Assembly (NCBI GenBank): GCA_040905565.1
Contig: JBBDRF010000021.1
Span: 101,008 to 165,007, forward strand
Length of the DNA: 64,000 bases
Reading direction: 5' to 3'
Source: Phycisphaeraceae bacterium
GTDB taxonomy: Bacteria; Planctomycetota; Phycisphaerae; Phycisphaerales; Zrk34
In this document: piece by piece, positions 55,713 through 64,000 of the stretch
Position numbering within the stretch: the stretch's first letter is position 1
How the letters are laid out: every line of letters begins with the position of its first letter
The notes under the pieces: generated by a model
Told to the model about the DNA's origin: nothing
Database searches by the model: none
What the model saw: only the letters and a program-made list of their open reading frames with translations
Program-made: the position numbers and the translations under genes

Positions 55713-55741
55713 TTGACCAAACATGCGTCAGTAGCTATTGT
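55713..55741 (+). promoter_or_regulatory. sigma70-type promoter of recA
   Basis: TTGACC-17 bp-TATTGT upstream of the AAGGA RBS and ATG 55797. Confidence 0.6.
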
Positions 55742-55796
55742 GGCAAACGCAGTGGTTAAAGGCTACCCCCAAACGGTTCGGTGAAAGGAAAGTGCG

Positions 55797-56858
55797 ATGG
55801 CAAAGGCGAGCAAAGACGCAGGCGGCGAACGGCTTCAGGCACTCGATCGGGCGGTCAGTCAGATCGAACGCGCCTACGGCAAGGGTTCGATCATGCGCCT
55901 GGATGACGACCCGTCCCACGTGCATCCCGGCTACTCCACCGGATCCATCAGCCTCGATCTCGCGCTCGGCGGCAGAGGCATCCCCCGCGGTCGCATCTGC
56001 GAGTTCTACGGCCCTGAATCCTCCGGTAAAACCACACTCGCCCTTCACGTCGTCGGACAAGTCCAAAAGGGCGGCGGCGTCGCGGCCTTCATCGATGCCG
56101 AGCACGCCCTCGATCCCGCATGGGCGCGTCGGCTCGGCGTCAACCTGGAAGACCTCCTCGTCTCACAGCCGGACACCGGCGAGCAGGCGCTGGAAATCTG
56201 TGAACTGCTCGTCCGCTCCAACGCCGTCGATGTGGTCGTGATCGACTCCGTTGCCGCCCTGATCCCGCAGGCCGAAATCGACGGCGAGATGGGCGATACC
56301 CACGTGGGCCTCCAGGCTCGGCTGATGAGTCAGGCCTTGCGTAAGCTCACCGGCGCGATCGCCAAGAGCCGGTGCACCGTGATCTTCATCAACCAGCTCC
56401 GTGAGAAGATCGGCGTGATGTTCGGCAACCCCGAAACCACGCCCGGCGGCCGAGCGCTCAAGTTCTACTCAACCATCCGCATCGACATCCGCCGCACCGG
56501 TGCCATCAAGGACGGCGACCAGAACGTCGGCAACCGCGTCCGTGCCCGCGTGGTCAAGAACAAGGTCGCACCCCCCTTCCGTGATGCTGAGTTCGACATC
56601 ATGTTCAACGAAGGCATCAGCGCCTCGGGCGACCTGCTCGATCTGGCGGTGACTGAGGGCATCGTCGCGAAGAGCGGCTCGTGGTTCAGCTTCGGCGACA
56701 TGCGACTGGGCCAGGGACGCGAAAATTCCAAGACGCTGCTGCGTGAGAACCCCGACCTCTTCGCGGAGATCAAGCAGGGCGTGCTGGAAAAGAAGGGTAT
56801 CGCCAACAAGCCGACCATGCCCGAGGAAACGCCCGAGGCGGAAACCGCCGAGGCATAG
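55797..56858 (+). CDS. recA: recombinase A
   Basis: [61 protein letters not shown]. Confidence 0.99.
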   Translation: MAKASKDAGGERLQALDRAVSQIERAYGKGSIMRLDDDPSHVHPGYSTGSISLDLALGGRGIPRGRICEFYGPESSGKTTLALHVVGQVQKGGGVAAFIDAEHALDPAWARRLGVNLEDLLVSQPDTGEQALEICELLVRSNAVDVVVIDSVAALIPQAEIDGEMGDTHVGLQARLMSQALRKLTGAIAKSRCTVIFINQLREKIGVMFGNPETTPGGRALKFYSTIRIDIRRTGAIKDGDQNVGNRVRARVVKNKVAPPFRDAEFDIMFNEGISASGDLLDLAVTEGIVAKSGSWFSFGDMRLGQGRENSKTLLRENPDLFAEIKQGVLEKKGIANKPTMPEETPEAETAEA

Positions 56859-56875
56859 CGCACGGCGTTGAATAC

Positions 56876-56898
56876 GAGCCGCGACCGTAAGGGAGCGG
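56876..56898 (+). repeat. REP-like element, same family as 50902-50924
   Basis: GAGCCGCGACCGTAAGGGAGCGG, 22/23 identical to the reverse complement of 50902-50924; between convergent recA and kdsA. Confidence 0.7.
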
Positions 56899-56952
56899 TT
56901 GTGCGTTAGGCACTTGCGCGAGTAGCCGTACGCCAAACTCGCCTGAGTCGCG

Positions 56953-57777
56953 CTACGTGACGACCTGGTGAACCCGGGTGACCTGTTCGAGCAGGTCGCT
57001 TGCCGTTTCAAGTGACAGCACCGTCGCGGCATCGGAGAAGGCGTTTGCCGGATCCGGATGCGCTTCGAGGAACAGCGCGTGGACGCCTGCTGCGACAGCG
57101 CTTCGGGCGAGTAGCGCCGCACGATCCGGACGACCGCCGGAGGTGTGCCCCTGTCCGCCGGGCTGCTGGGTGGAATGGGTGACATCGAAACAGACAGGAT
57201 GGTTGAGCGCGAGCATGTCGCCGAGGCCGATGAAATCGTTGACCAGACGGTTATAGCCGAAGAACGTGCCACGTTCGGTGAGCATGATGCCCGCCGCGTC
57301 CGACTCGGTCAGCTTGGTGACGACCTGCGTCATCTCGGCAGGCGAGAGGAACTGCCCTTTCTTGACGTTCACGGCCTTGCCGGTCTTCGCCGACGCGAGC
57401 AGCAGATCCGTCTGCCGGCAGAGGAACGCGGGAATCTGCAGCAGGTCGACCACTTCGCCGACCGCCGCCGCTTGGGGCGATTCGTGCAGGTCGGTCGTGA
57501 CGGGCACGCCGAGTTCATCGCGGACGGCGTCGAGAATCTTCAACCCCTCCTCCAGGCCCGGCCCGCGCGGTGAGTGGATCGACGAACGATTCGCCTTGTC
57601 GAAGCTCGCTTTGAAGATGTACGAAAGCCCAAGCTTCTCGCAGCGAGCGCGCAGCGTACGGCCGATCGTCAGGCACTGATCCAGCGATTCAATCACGCAA
57701 GGCCCAGCGATGATCGCAAGGGGTTGGCCCGGGCCGATGGTGATATCTGCAACATTGAGCGTTTGGGGCGTGGTCAT
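56953..57777 (-). CDS. kdsA: KDO 8-phosphate synthase
   Basis: IAGPCVIES, KASFDKANRSS, QIPAFLCRQTDL, KKGQF, ERGTFFGY, FDVTHS. Confidence 0.96.
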   Translation of the reverse strand: MTTPQTLNVADITIGPGQPLAIIAGPCVIESLDQCLTIGRTLRARCEKLGLSYIFKASFDKANRSSIHSPRGPGLEEGLKILDAVRDELGVPVTTDLHESPQAAAVGEVVDLLQIPAFLCRQTDLLLASAKTGKAVNVKKGQFLSPAEMTQVVTKLTESDAAGIMLTERGTFFGYNRLVNDFIGLGDMLALNHPVCFDVTHSTQQPGGQGHTSGGRPDRAALLARSAVAAGVHALFLEAHPDPANAFSDAATVLSLETASDLLEQVTRVHQVVT

Positions 57778-57780
57778 CTC

Positions 57781-58986
57781 TTAGCGGGGTTCCATCTGGT
57801 TGGGCGTGGGATCAGGCGTGGCAAGACGATCGCGGGCGGCGGTAACGAGATTGTCGCGATGCACGATTTCGTCGTAGGCACGCCGACCCAGCAGCTTTTC
57901 AAACTGGCTGGAGCGCTTGCCCATGATGGCGCGTGCTTCGTCGGCGGGATAGTTGATGAGCCCCCGGGCGATCTCCCGGCCGCGCGAATCGCGGATCACC
58001 ACGACGTCGCCCTTCTCGAAGTTGCCGACGACTTCGGTGATGCCCGTCGCCAGCAGCGAGCGGTTCTGCTCGGCGACGGCGCGAACGGCACCGTCATCGA
58101 TCACGATCACGCCGCTCGGCCGAACCGCCCCACCGATCCAACGCTGGCGCGAAGCGAGCCGCCTCGCCGCCGGGACGAACACCGTCCCCACGTTTTCGCC
58201 ATCCAGCAGCCGAGGCAGAATATCTTTGGTGCGTCCGTTGGCGACCACGGCAATTTCGCCGGCATCCGTCACCATGCGCGCCGCGAGCAGCTTGGTCGCC
58301 ATGCCCCCCGTGCCGAGGGCCGAGCGGTGCGAACCGACGAACGATTGTGCCGAGGCGACATCTTCGACCACCTCGATCACGTTCCCGTCGTCGTCCTGCA
58401 AACCGTCCACGACCGTCAGCAGCACCAGCGCATCAGCGCACAGCGCGTTGGTGACGAAGGCGGCGAGCACATCGTTGTCGCCAAGCCGCATCTCGTCGAC
58501 GCTGACCGCGTCGTTCTCGTTGATGACGGGAATGGAGCCAAGGCTGTGAAGCTCAGTGATGCAGTTGCGGATGTTCAGGTATCGCACGCGATCCTCAAAA
58601 TCCCCCCGCGTCAGCAGCAGCTGCGCGGCATGAAGATCGTGCTGTTTGAACGCGGCGTGCCAGCGATCCATCAAGCGTGTCTGCCCCACCGCTGCCACAG
58701 CCTGAAGGACCGAAAGATCCTTCGGCCGGCGGGGGATCGCCATCGTCTTACGACCGAACGCGACCGCCCCACTGCTCACCAGCGTCACCTCGCAGCCACG
58801 CTCCACGAGTGCGGCAAGCTGATGGGCGATACGGCGAAGCATCCGCGTGTCCGGCTCGCCACGCTGATCGGTCAGCAGTTGCGAACCGACCTTCACGACG
58901 ATGCGGCGGGCACGAGTCAGCACGTTGTTTCGCAGAGCAGTTGAAGGCATGATCGTCGGGCTGGTCGAAGCAGTAACAGTGGTCAT
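57781..58986 (-). CDS. proB: glutamate 5-kinase with PUA domain
   Basis: VVKVGS, VSSGAV, AAVGQ, INENDAV, GDND, GTGGMATK, C-terminal PUA domain. Confidence 0.96.
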   Translation of the reverse strand: MTTVTASTSPTIMPSTALRNNVLTRARRIVVKVGSQLLTDQRGEPDTRMLRRIAHQLAALVERGCEVTLVSSGAVAFGRKTMAIPRRPKDLSVLQAVAAVGQTRLMDRWHAAFKQHDLHAAQLLLTRGDFEDRVRYLNIRNCITELHSLGSIPVINENDAVSVDEMRLGDNDVLAAFVTNALCADALVLLTVVDGLQDDDGNVIEVVEDVASAQSFVGSHRSALGTGGMATKLLAARMVTDAGEIAVVANGRTKDILPRLLDGENVGTVFVPAARRLASRQRWIGGAVRPSGVIVIDDGAVRAVAEQNRSLLATGITEVVGNFEKGDVVVIRDSRGREIARGLINYPADEARAIMGKRSSQFEKLLGRRAYDEIVHRDNLVTAARDRLATPDPTPNQMEPR

Positions 58987-60329
58987 GATGATGACGTCGG
59001 GACGGTCTTCGCGGCTCGGTCGAGCCAGGTTTCCAGTAGTGCGACGTTGCGTTGCGTCGCTCCTTGCTTGGAGCGGATCACCGCTCGGCCTCGCTCGGCA
59101 AGTTCGCGGCCGATGTCCGTCCGCAGCAGCTTCCCCACCGCAGCAGGCAGGCCCTCGACGTCGCTCAGTTGCTCGATCGCATCGACGGCGAGCAAGTCGT
59201 CCATCATATCGCGAAAATCGCCGACGTGGGGCCCGATTACCGTCGGCTTACCCAAAGCGATCGGATCGCTCATATCGGACCCGTGCATCGGGCAGAACGA
59301 CCGCCCCACAACGGCGAGGTCCGCCAGCGCGTAAGCGGCCCGCAACTCACCGAGCGTATCGAGCAGAAACACTGTCGCCCCACCTTCCCCTACGCTCTCA
59401 TCTGGATGTTGCGAGCGCCGGACGACCGGGCCGAGTTGCGCGCTGAAGCGCGTCGTCAGCTCCGCCGCGACGTGGTCGAACCGTTCGGGCTTACGCGGGG
59501 CGATCAGGATCTGTGGCGGCTGATTGTCCGGCGGCAATCGCAGCGTCGCCAACTGCTCGACGAGCATCCGCTCTTCGTCTGGACCCGTCGAACCGCAGAC
59601 GATGAGCGGCCGCTCGGCATCGATCCCCATCGATCGGGCGAGACTCGCAGAGCTGGGCTCATCGTCCGCCAGCACCGCGTTATCCCACTTCATCGTGCCC
59701 GTGATGTGCAGACGATCTTCCCGCAGCCCGAGGCCCACGAAATGCCGACCGTAGGTTTCATTCTGCACGGCAGCCGCGGCGAGGCGGGCGAAGGTCGGCC
59801 GAATCAGTCGGCGAATCAACCGGTACCGCCCGTAGCTTCGTGCTGAGAGTCGACCGTTGATGACGACCACCGGCACGCCCCGCCGTTCGCACTCGGCCAC
59901 GAAGTTCGGCCACACTTCGAGCTCAACCAGCGCCACCGCCGTCGGCTGCACGACATCAAGAAACCGCTTCACGCAACGCGTGAAATCGAGCGGGTAACGC
60001 ACGACCGTATGACGCTCGCCGAAGATCGCCTCGGCGCGGGCGGCACCGGTGTCGGTGGTGGTGGCAATGACGATGCGTAGTGCGTCGCCGTGTTGCTGTT
60101 CGAGTTGCGACACGAGCAGGCGGATGGCGTTCACCTCGCCAAGCGAAACGGCGTGGAGCAGCAGTGTGGGACGTGGATCATCGGCCGCCACGTCACAGCG
60201 ACCGAATCGGCCCGCCCAATCCGTGCGCCATTTACCGGTGCGCAGCAGGCGGTACGCCCAGAGCGGACTCGTCGCCGCCGCAGCACTCGCGTAAACAACA
60301 TCGTTCATCAGCGACATAAGGCGAGGCAT
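58983..60329 (-). CDS. waaA: 3-deoxy-D-manno-octulosonic acid (Kdo) transferase
   Basis: HAVSLGE, TTTDTG, YPLD, ELEVWPN, NGRLS, GSTG, APRKPERF, DTLGEL. Confidence 0.92.
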   Translation of the reverse strand: MPRLMSLMNDVVYASAAAATSPLWAYRLLRTGKWRTDWAGRFGRCDVAADDPRPTLLLHAVSLGEVNAIRLLVSQLEQQHGDALRIVIATTTDTGAARAEAIFGERHTVVRYPLDFTRCVKRFLDVVQPTAVALVELEVWPNFVAECERRGVPVVVINGRLSARSYGRYRLIRRLIRPTFARLAAAAVQNETYGRHFVGLGLREDRLHITGTMKWDNAVLADDEPSSASLARSMGIDAERPLIVCGSTGPDEERMLVEQLATLRLPPDNQPPQILIAPRKPERFDHVAAELTTRFSAQLGPVVRRSQHPDESVGEGGATVFLLDTLGELRAAYALADLAVVGRSFCPMHGSDMSDPIALGKPTVIGPHVGDFRDMMDDLLAVDAIEQLSDVEGLPAAVGKLLRTDIGRELAERGRAVIRSKQGATQRNVALLETWLDRAAKTVPTSSS

Positions 60330-60422
60330 TGTACTCCCCCGCCGGCATGTCACCACGGGCGGCACGACCGGGCATAGCTGTGCTATGCTGTGGTACCAGC
60401 CGAACGTTCAATATAAGGGAAT

Positions 60423-61019
60423 GTGACTATGGTGCGTACAGAATCAACGATGAGCATGGAACTGGGGGCACAGGCTCCGGACTTCGCCCTGCCCGATCCC
60501 ACGACCGGCCGCACGGTGCAGCGGCAGGACTTCGCCGGCAAGCCGTTGCTCGTGGTGTTCATGTGCAATCATTGTCCCTACGTGATGCATCTCGCCGATG
60601 CACTCGCGGACCTCGTGGCAGAGTATCAGGACGAGGGCCTGGCGATGGTGGGCATCAACTCGAATGATGTCGAAGCCCATCCCGACGACAGCCCCGAGAA
60701 GATGATCGACGAAGCCCGCAATCGCCGCTACACCTTCCCCTATCTCTATGACGAAACGCAGGAAGTCGCGAAGGCCTACTCTGCCGCCTGCACGCCTGAT
60801 TTGTTCCTGTTCGACAAGGACCACCGCCTCTACTATCGAGGCCAGTTCGATGACACCCGCCCGAAGCAGGATCCGCCTCAGAAGCCGACCGGTGAGGACT
60901 TGCGCAAGGCGATCCAGGCCGTGCTCAACGGCGACCCCGCCCCGCAGCCCCAACGCCCCAGCCTCGGCTGCAACATCAAGTGGAAGCCCGGCAACGAGCC
61001 CCGCTACTTCAACGGCTGA
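60423..61019 (+). CDS. thioredoxin-like/AhpC-TSA family protein
   Basis: APDFALPD, CNHCPYV, DETQEVAKAY, ACTPD, YRGQFDD, GCNIKW. Confidence 0.9.
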   Translation: MTMVRTESTMSMELGAQAPDFALPDPTTGRTVQRQDFAGKPLLVVFMCNHCPYVMHLADALADLVAEYQDEGLAMVGINSNDVEAHPDDSPEKMIDEARNRRYTFPYLYDETQEVAKAYSAACTPDLFLFDKDHRLYYRGQFDDTRPKQDPPQKPTGEDLRKAIQAVLNGDPAPQPQRPSLGCNIKWKPGNEPRYFNG

Positions 61020-61074
61020 CCCCCCCACCGTTCCCGCATTCGCCCTGCCGCTTCCCGCTTCCGAGGATTTGCCT

Positions 61075-61761
61075 GTGACGTTGCCACGTGTGCTTGAAAC
61101 TGAGGTGATGGACACCGTTGATGAGGCGGAGTCCTATGCCGCGATGGATCACACCGAGGGCAACGCTGCGTTCGTGGAGCGGGTCGTCCAGCTAGGCGGG
61201 GAGCGGATCGGTGAGGCGGAAGGTTGGGTGCTGGATCTGGGCACCGGGCCGGGCGATATTCCGCTGATGCTTTGCGAGCGTATCAAGGGGCTGAAGGTGC
61301 TCGGCGTGGACGCATCGTGGGAGATGCTGCGCCTTGCTCAGCAGCGCCGCCATGCCGCCCCACCATCGCTCGCCAAGCGGATGTTGTTCCAACTCGCCGA
61401 CGTGAAGGCCCTGCCGCTGCTGGCCGGCAACTTCGACGCCGTCATCTGCAACACCATCCTGCACCACATCCCTGAGCCCCAGCAACTGCTGCGTGAAGCG
61501 GCCCGGGTCCTCAGGCCGGGCGGGCTGCTGCTGATTCGCGACCTGTTTCGCCCCGAATCGCAGGAGCGGTTGCAGGAACTGGTGGACCTGCACGCAGCCG
61601 AGAATACCCCTCATCAGCGGCAGATGTTCCGCGACTCCCTGCACGCCGCCCTGACCCCTGACGAGCTGCGCACCCTCGCAGACGCGAACGGCCTGCGTCA
61701 TGCCGAGATTGTCATCGATAGTGATCGGCACATGTCGCTCCAGATGCCCTGCCCCGCATAA
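61075..61761 (+). CDS. class I SAM-dependent methyltransferase
   Basis: PRVLETEVMD…YAAMDH, VLDLGTGPG, LGVD, NTILHH, RVLRPGG. Confidence 0.87.
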   Translation: MTLPRVLETEVMDTVDEAESYAAMDHTEGNAAFVERVVQLGGERIGEAEGWVLDLGTGPGDIPLMLCERIKGLKVLGVDASWEMLRLAQQRRHAAPPSLAKRMLFQLADVKALPLLAGNFDAVICNTILHHIPEPQQLLREAARVLRPGGLLLIRDLFRPESQERLQELVDLHAAENTPHQRQMFRDSLHAALTPDELRTLADANGLRHAEIVIDSDRHMSLQMPCPA

Positions 61762-61788
61762 GATGCTTCGCAGACGGGGAGGTTCCTG

Positions 61789-62379
61789 ATGGAAGCGATG
61801 CTCGGCATCCTGGTAGGCGTCAGTCTCGCAGCGGCGACGGGCTTCCGCGTTTTTGTGCCCATGCTTGTCGCCAGCGTGGCGGTCCGCGCCGATTACGTGA
61901 ACGTTATCGAAAGCTTCGAATGGCTCGGCTCCGATGCCGCCGTCGTCGCCTTCGCCGCGGCCACCGCAGCCGAGGTCGCCGCCTACTTCGTGCCCTGGCT
62001 CGATAACGCGCTGGACAGCCTCGCCAGCCCCGCAGCCATCGTCGCGGGTACCCTCCTGTCCGGCTCCATGATGGTCGACCTCGATCCCTGGCTGCGATGG
62101 TCCCTCGCCCTCGTCGCAGGCGGCGGCGCGGCCGGCATCATTCAGGGCTCAAGCGTCGTCACCCGGGCCGCATCGAGCGTCACCACCGCCGGGTTCGGCA
62201 ATCCTGCTGTGTCGTTTGGCGAGGCTGGGGGCGCGACCGCCCTGTCGATCCTTGCCGTCGCGGCACCCCTCGTGGCGGTTTTGATCGTCGTCGCACTTAT
62301 CGGCATGATCGTCGGCTTCTTCACCCGCGCCCGCCGGCGCAGAACAGCAAATGGACAACGCCAACGATCACGGGAATGA
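61789..62379 (+). CDS. DUF4126-like membrane protein
   Basis: LAAATGFRVFVP, AYFVPWLDNALD, GNPAVS motifs; several TM helices. Confidence 0.78.
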   Translation: MEAMLGILVGVSLAAATGFRVFVPMLVASVAVRADYVNVIESFEWLGSDAAVVAFAAATAAEVAAYFVPWLDNALDSLASPAAIVAGTLLSGSMMVDLDPWLRWSLALVAGGGAAGIIQGSSVVTRAASSVTTAGFGNPAVSFGEAGGATALSILAVAAPLVAVLIVVALIGMIVGFFTRARRRRTANGQRQRSRE

Positions 62380-62385
62380 TGCGCG

Positions 62386-63372
62386 ATGAGCGACGCTTTC
62401 AAACAACAACGAGAAGCCGACGAAGCGGCCATGCGGCCACGCTACGCCATCGCACTGCACGGCGGCGCGGGCGCGATCAACCCCAACATGGACGACGCCG
62501 AGGAAAACGCCAAGCGCGACGCCCTCAACGAAGCCCTCCAGGCAGGCGTGGCGATCCTTGAAGCCGGCGGCTCAAGCCTCGACGCCGTCGAAGCGGCCGT
62601 GGGCGTGCTCGAAGATTCGCCCGAGTTCAACGCCGGCCGCGGCGCCGTTTACACCGCCGACACCGAGCACGAGTTCGACGCCGCCGTGATGGACGGCCGC
62701 ACCCTCGGTGCCGGTGCCGTCGCCGCGATTCAGCGCGTACGCCATCCGGTCACGCTCGCTCGGCAGATCATGCAGCGCACCGAACACATCCTGCTCGCCG
62801 GCCCCGGTGCCGAGGCGCTGGCCGAGGCGTGGGGCCTTGAGCGTCCGCCGGCGGAGTGGTTCCACACTGACAAACGCCTTGAACAGCTCAAACGTGCCCA
62901 GGCGAAGCACATCGTTGGTCGCGATCACGATCAGGTGCTCACCAGCGACGACGACGGCAAAAAATACGGCACCGTCGGCTGCGTCGCCCTCGATGAAGCA
63001 GGCAACCTCGCCGCGGCCACCTCAACGGGCGGCTTGACGAACAAAACGCCCGGCCGCGTGGGTGATACGCCCATCATCGGGGCCGGCACCTACGCCGACA
63101 ACGCCACCTGTGCCGTCTCATGCACCGGCACCGGCGAGCAGTTCATGCGGCATGTCGCGGCCTACCGTGTCGCAGCCCTCATGGAGATGAAAGACCTGTC
63201 CCTGCGCGAGGCCGCTGAGCAGGTCATTCATCATCGGCTGGAAAAAGGCGACGGCGGACTCATCGCCGTTTCCCGCAACGGACTCATCGCCATGCCCTAC
63301 AACAGCGCGGGCATGTACCGGGCCGCTGCCGACGCCCACGGCCATCGCGAAGTGCGCATCTGGGAGACCTGA
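62386..63372 (+). CDS. iaaA: isoaspartyl peptidase/L-asparaginase (Ntn hydrolase)
   Basis: ALHGGAG, FNAGRG, G|TVGCVA (Thr nucleophile), AATSTGG, GRVGD, TGTGE. Confidence 0.92.
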   Translation: MSDAFKQQREADEAAMRPRYAIALHGGAGAINPNMDDAEENAKRDALNEALQAGVAILEAGGSSLDAVEAAVGVLEDSPEFNAGRGAVYTADTEHEFDAAVMDGRTLGAGAVAAIQRVRHPVTLARQIMQRTEHILLAGPGAEALAEAWGLERPPAEWFHTDKRLEQLKRAQAKHIVGRDHDQVLTSDDDGKKYGTVGCVALDEAGNLAAATSTGGLTNKTPGRVGDTPIIGAGTYADNATCAVSCTGTGEQFMRHVAAYRVAALMEMKDLSLREAAEQVIHHRLEKGDGGLIAVSRNGLIAMPYNSAGMYRAAADAHGHREVRIWET

Positions 63373-63505
63373 CCGAGGAGACGGCGTGCGCGTGACAAGC
63401 CACAGCTTCGCGAATTCCCTCCGCGACGCCTATCATGCCCGCCGAATGCGCAACGCCTCCCTCCGCTGGATGACCCAGCATATCGACCGACGACTGGAGA
63501 TCGAA

Positions 63506-63907
63506 ATGAGCAAAGACGACATCAAAGACGACCAAGCCTGGCGCGACAAACTCGACGAACGCCAGTACCACATCCTCCGCGAAAAAGGCACCGAACGCCC
63601 CTTCGATAACGCCTACTGGGACAACAAAGCCGAGGGCCTCTATCTCTGCGCCGGCTGCGATCAGGAGCTCTACAGTTCGCAGACCAAGTTCGATTCCGGC
63701 ACCGGTTGGCCCAGCTTCTACGCCCCCCTCGATGAGTCCGCCGTGGCGACCGAAGAAGACCGCTCGGCCGGCATGGTCCGCGTCGAAGCCCACTGCAGCC
63801 GTTGCGGCGGCCACCTCGGACATATCTTCGAAGACGGCCCCCCGCCCACCGGCAAACGCCACTGCATCAACTCCGCCGCCCTCAAATTCGTCCCCAAACA
63901 ACCCTGA
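63506..63907 (+). CDS. msrB: peptide-methionine (R)-S-oxide reductase
   Basis: [47 protein letters not shown] before ATG 63506. Confidence 0.95.
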   Translation: MSKDDIKDDQAWRDKLDERQYHILREKGTERPFDNAYWDNKAEGLYLCAGCDQELYSSQTKFDSGTGWPSFYAPLDESAVATEEDRSAGMVRVEAHCSRCGGHLGHIFEDGPPPTGKRHCINSAALKFVPKQP

Positions 63908-63952
63908 CCCCCCACCAAATGCGGGGGTGCCCCGGCCAGCGAGCAAAGCGAG

Positions 63953-64000
63953 GGTACAACCCGGGTACATAGTTAACAGATTTTACCGGGTACATGGTTA
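63953..64000 (+). mobile_element. probable end of an IS481-family element (truncated by the window edge)
   Basis: Direct repeats CCGGGTACATAGTTA (63961-63975) and CCGGGTACATGGTTA (63986-64000), resembling iterated transposase-binding motifs at IS481 ends. No transposase is visible. Confidence 0.55.

Noticed and set aside
1299..61755. Canonical KOPS GGGNAGGG as the polar motif
   Set aside because: Both orientations occur left of dif (GGGAAGGG at 1299, 20711, 37500; CCCTGCCC at 22572, 49895), so polarity is not clean by eye.
1..64000. CRISPR arrays, rRNA/tRNA genes, prophage or anti-phage defence genes
   Set aside because: No repeat-spacer arrays, RNA gene signatures, integrases or nuclease motifs were recognised.

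Overview
GC-rich bacterial chromosome segment, probably Planctomycetota/Phycisphaerae (inferred from prepilin-type, HEAT- and TPR-repeat proteins and the REP-like repeats). The centre (about 10.7-40 kb) is a surface-glycan/EPS locus. It encodes a Wzx flippase, six glycosyltransferases plus a priming sugar transferase, a complete GDP-D-glycero-alpha-D-manno-heptose pathway (hddA, gmhA, hddC-gmhB fusion), galE and rmlC/SDR/rmlD. It also contains a module behind a sigma54-type promoter: degenerate nucleotidyltransferase, exosortase, EpsI, Wzc-like co-polymerase, priming transferase and a giant TPR protein. The most striking protein is the Wzc-like co-polymerase, which has a tandem MshEN (c-di-GMP-binding) motif inserted inside its kinase domain and no C-terminal tyrosine cluster. 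Two paralogous PAS/GAF-HisKA_3-REC hybrid kinases bracket the locus. The right part is mostly housekeeping (thiGS, tilS, nadE, recA, kdsA, proB, waaA, msrB). It contains a XerC/D dif site at 55020-55047, two inverted extra copies of the XerC arm within 1 kb on either side, and a GGTGGGG motif whose strand flips at dif. The window ends in a probable IS481-family terminal repeat. All calls are by eye from sequence motifs; no database searches were run.
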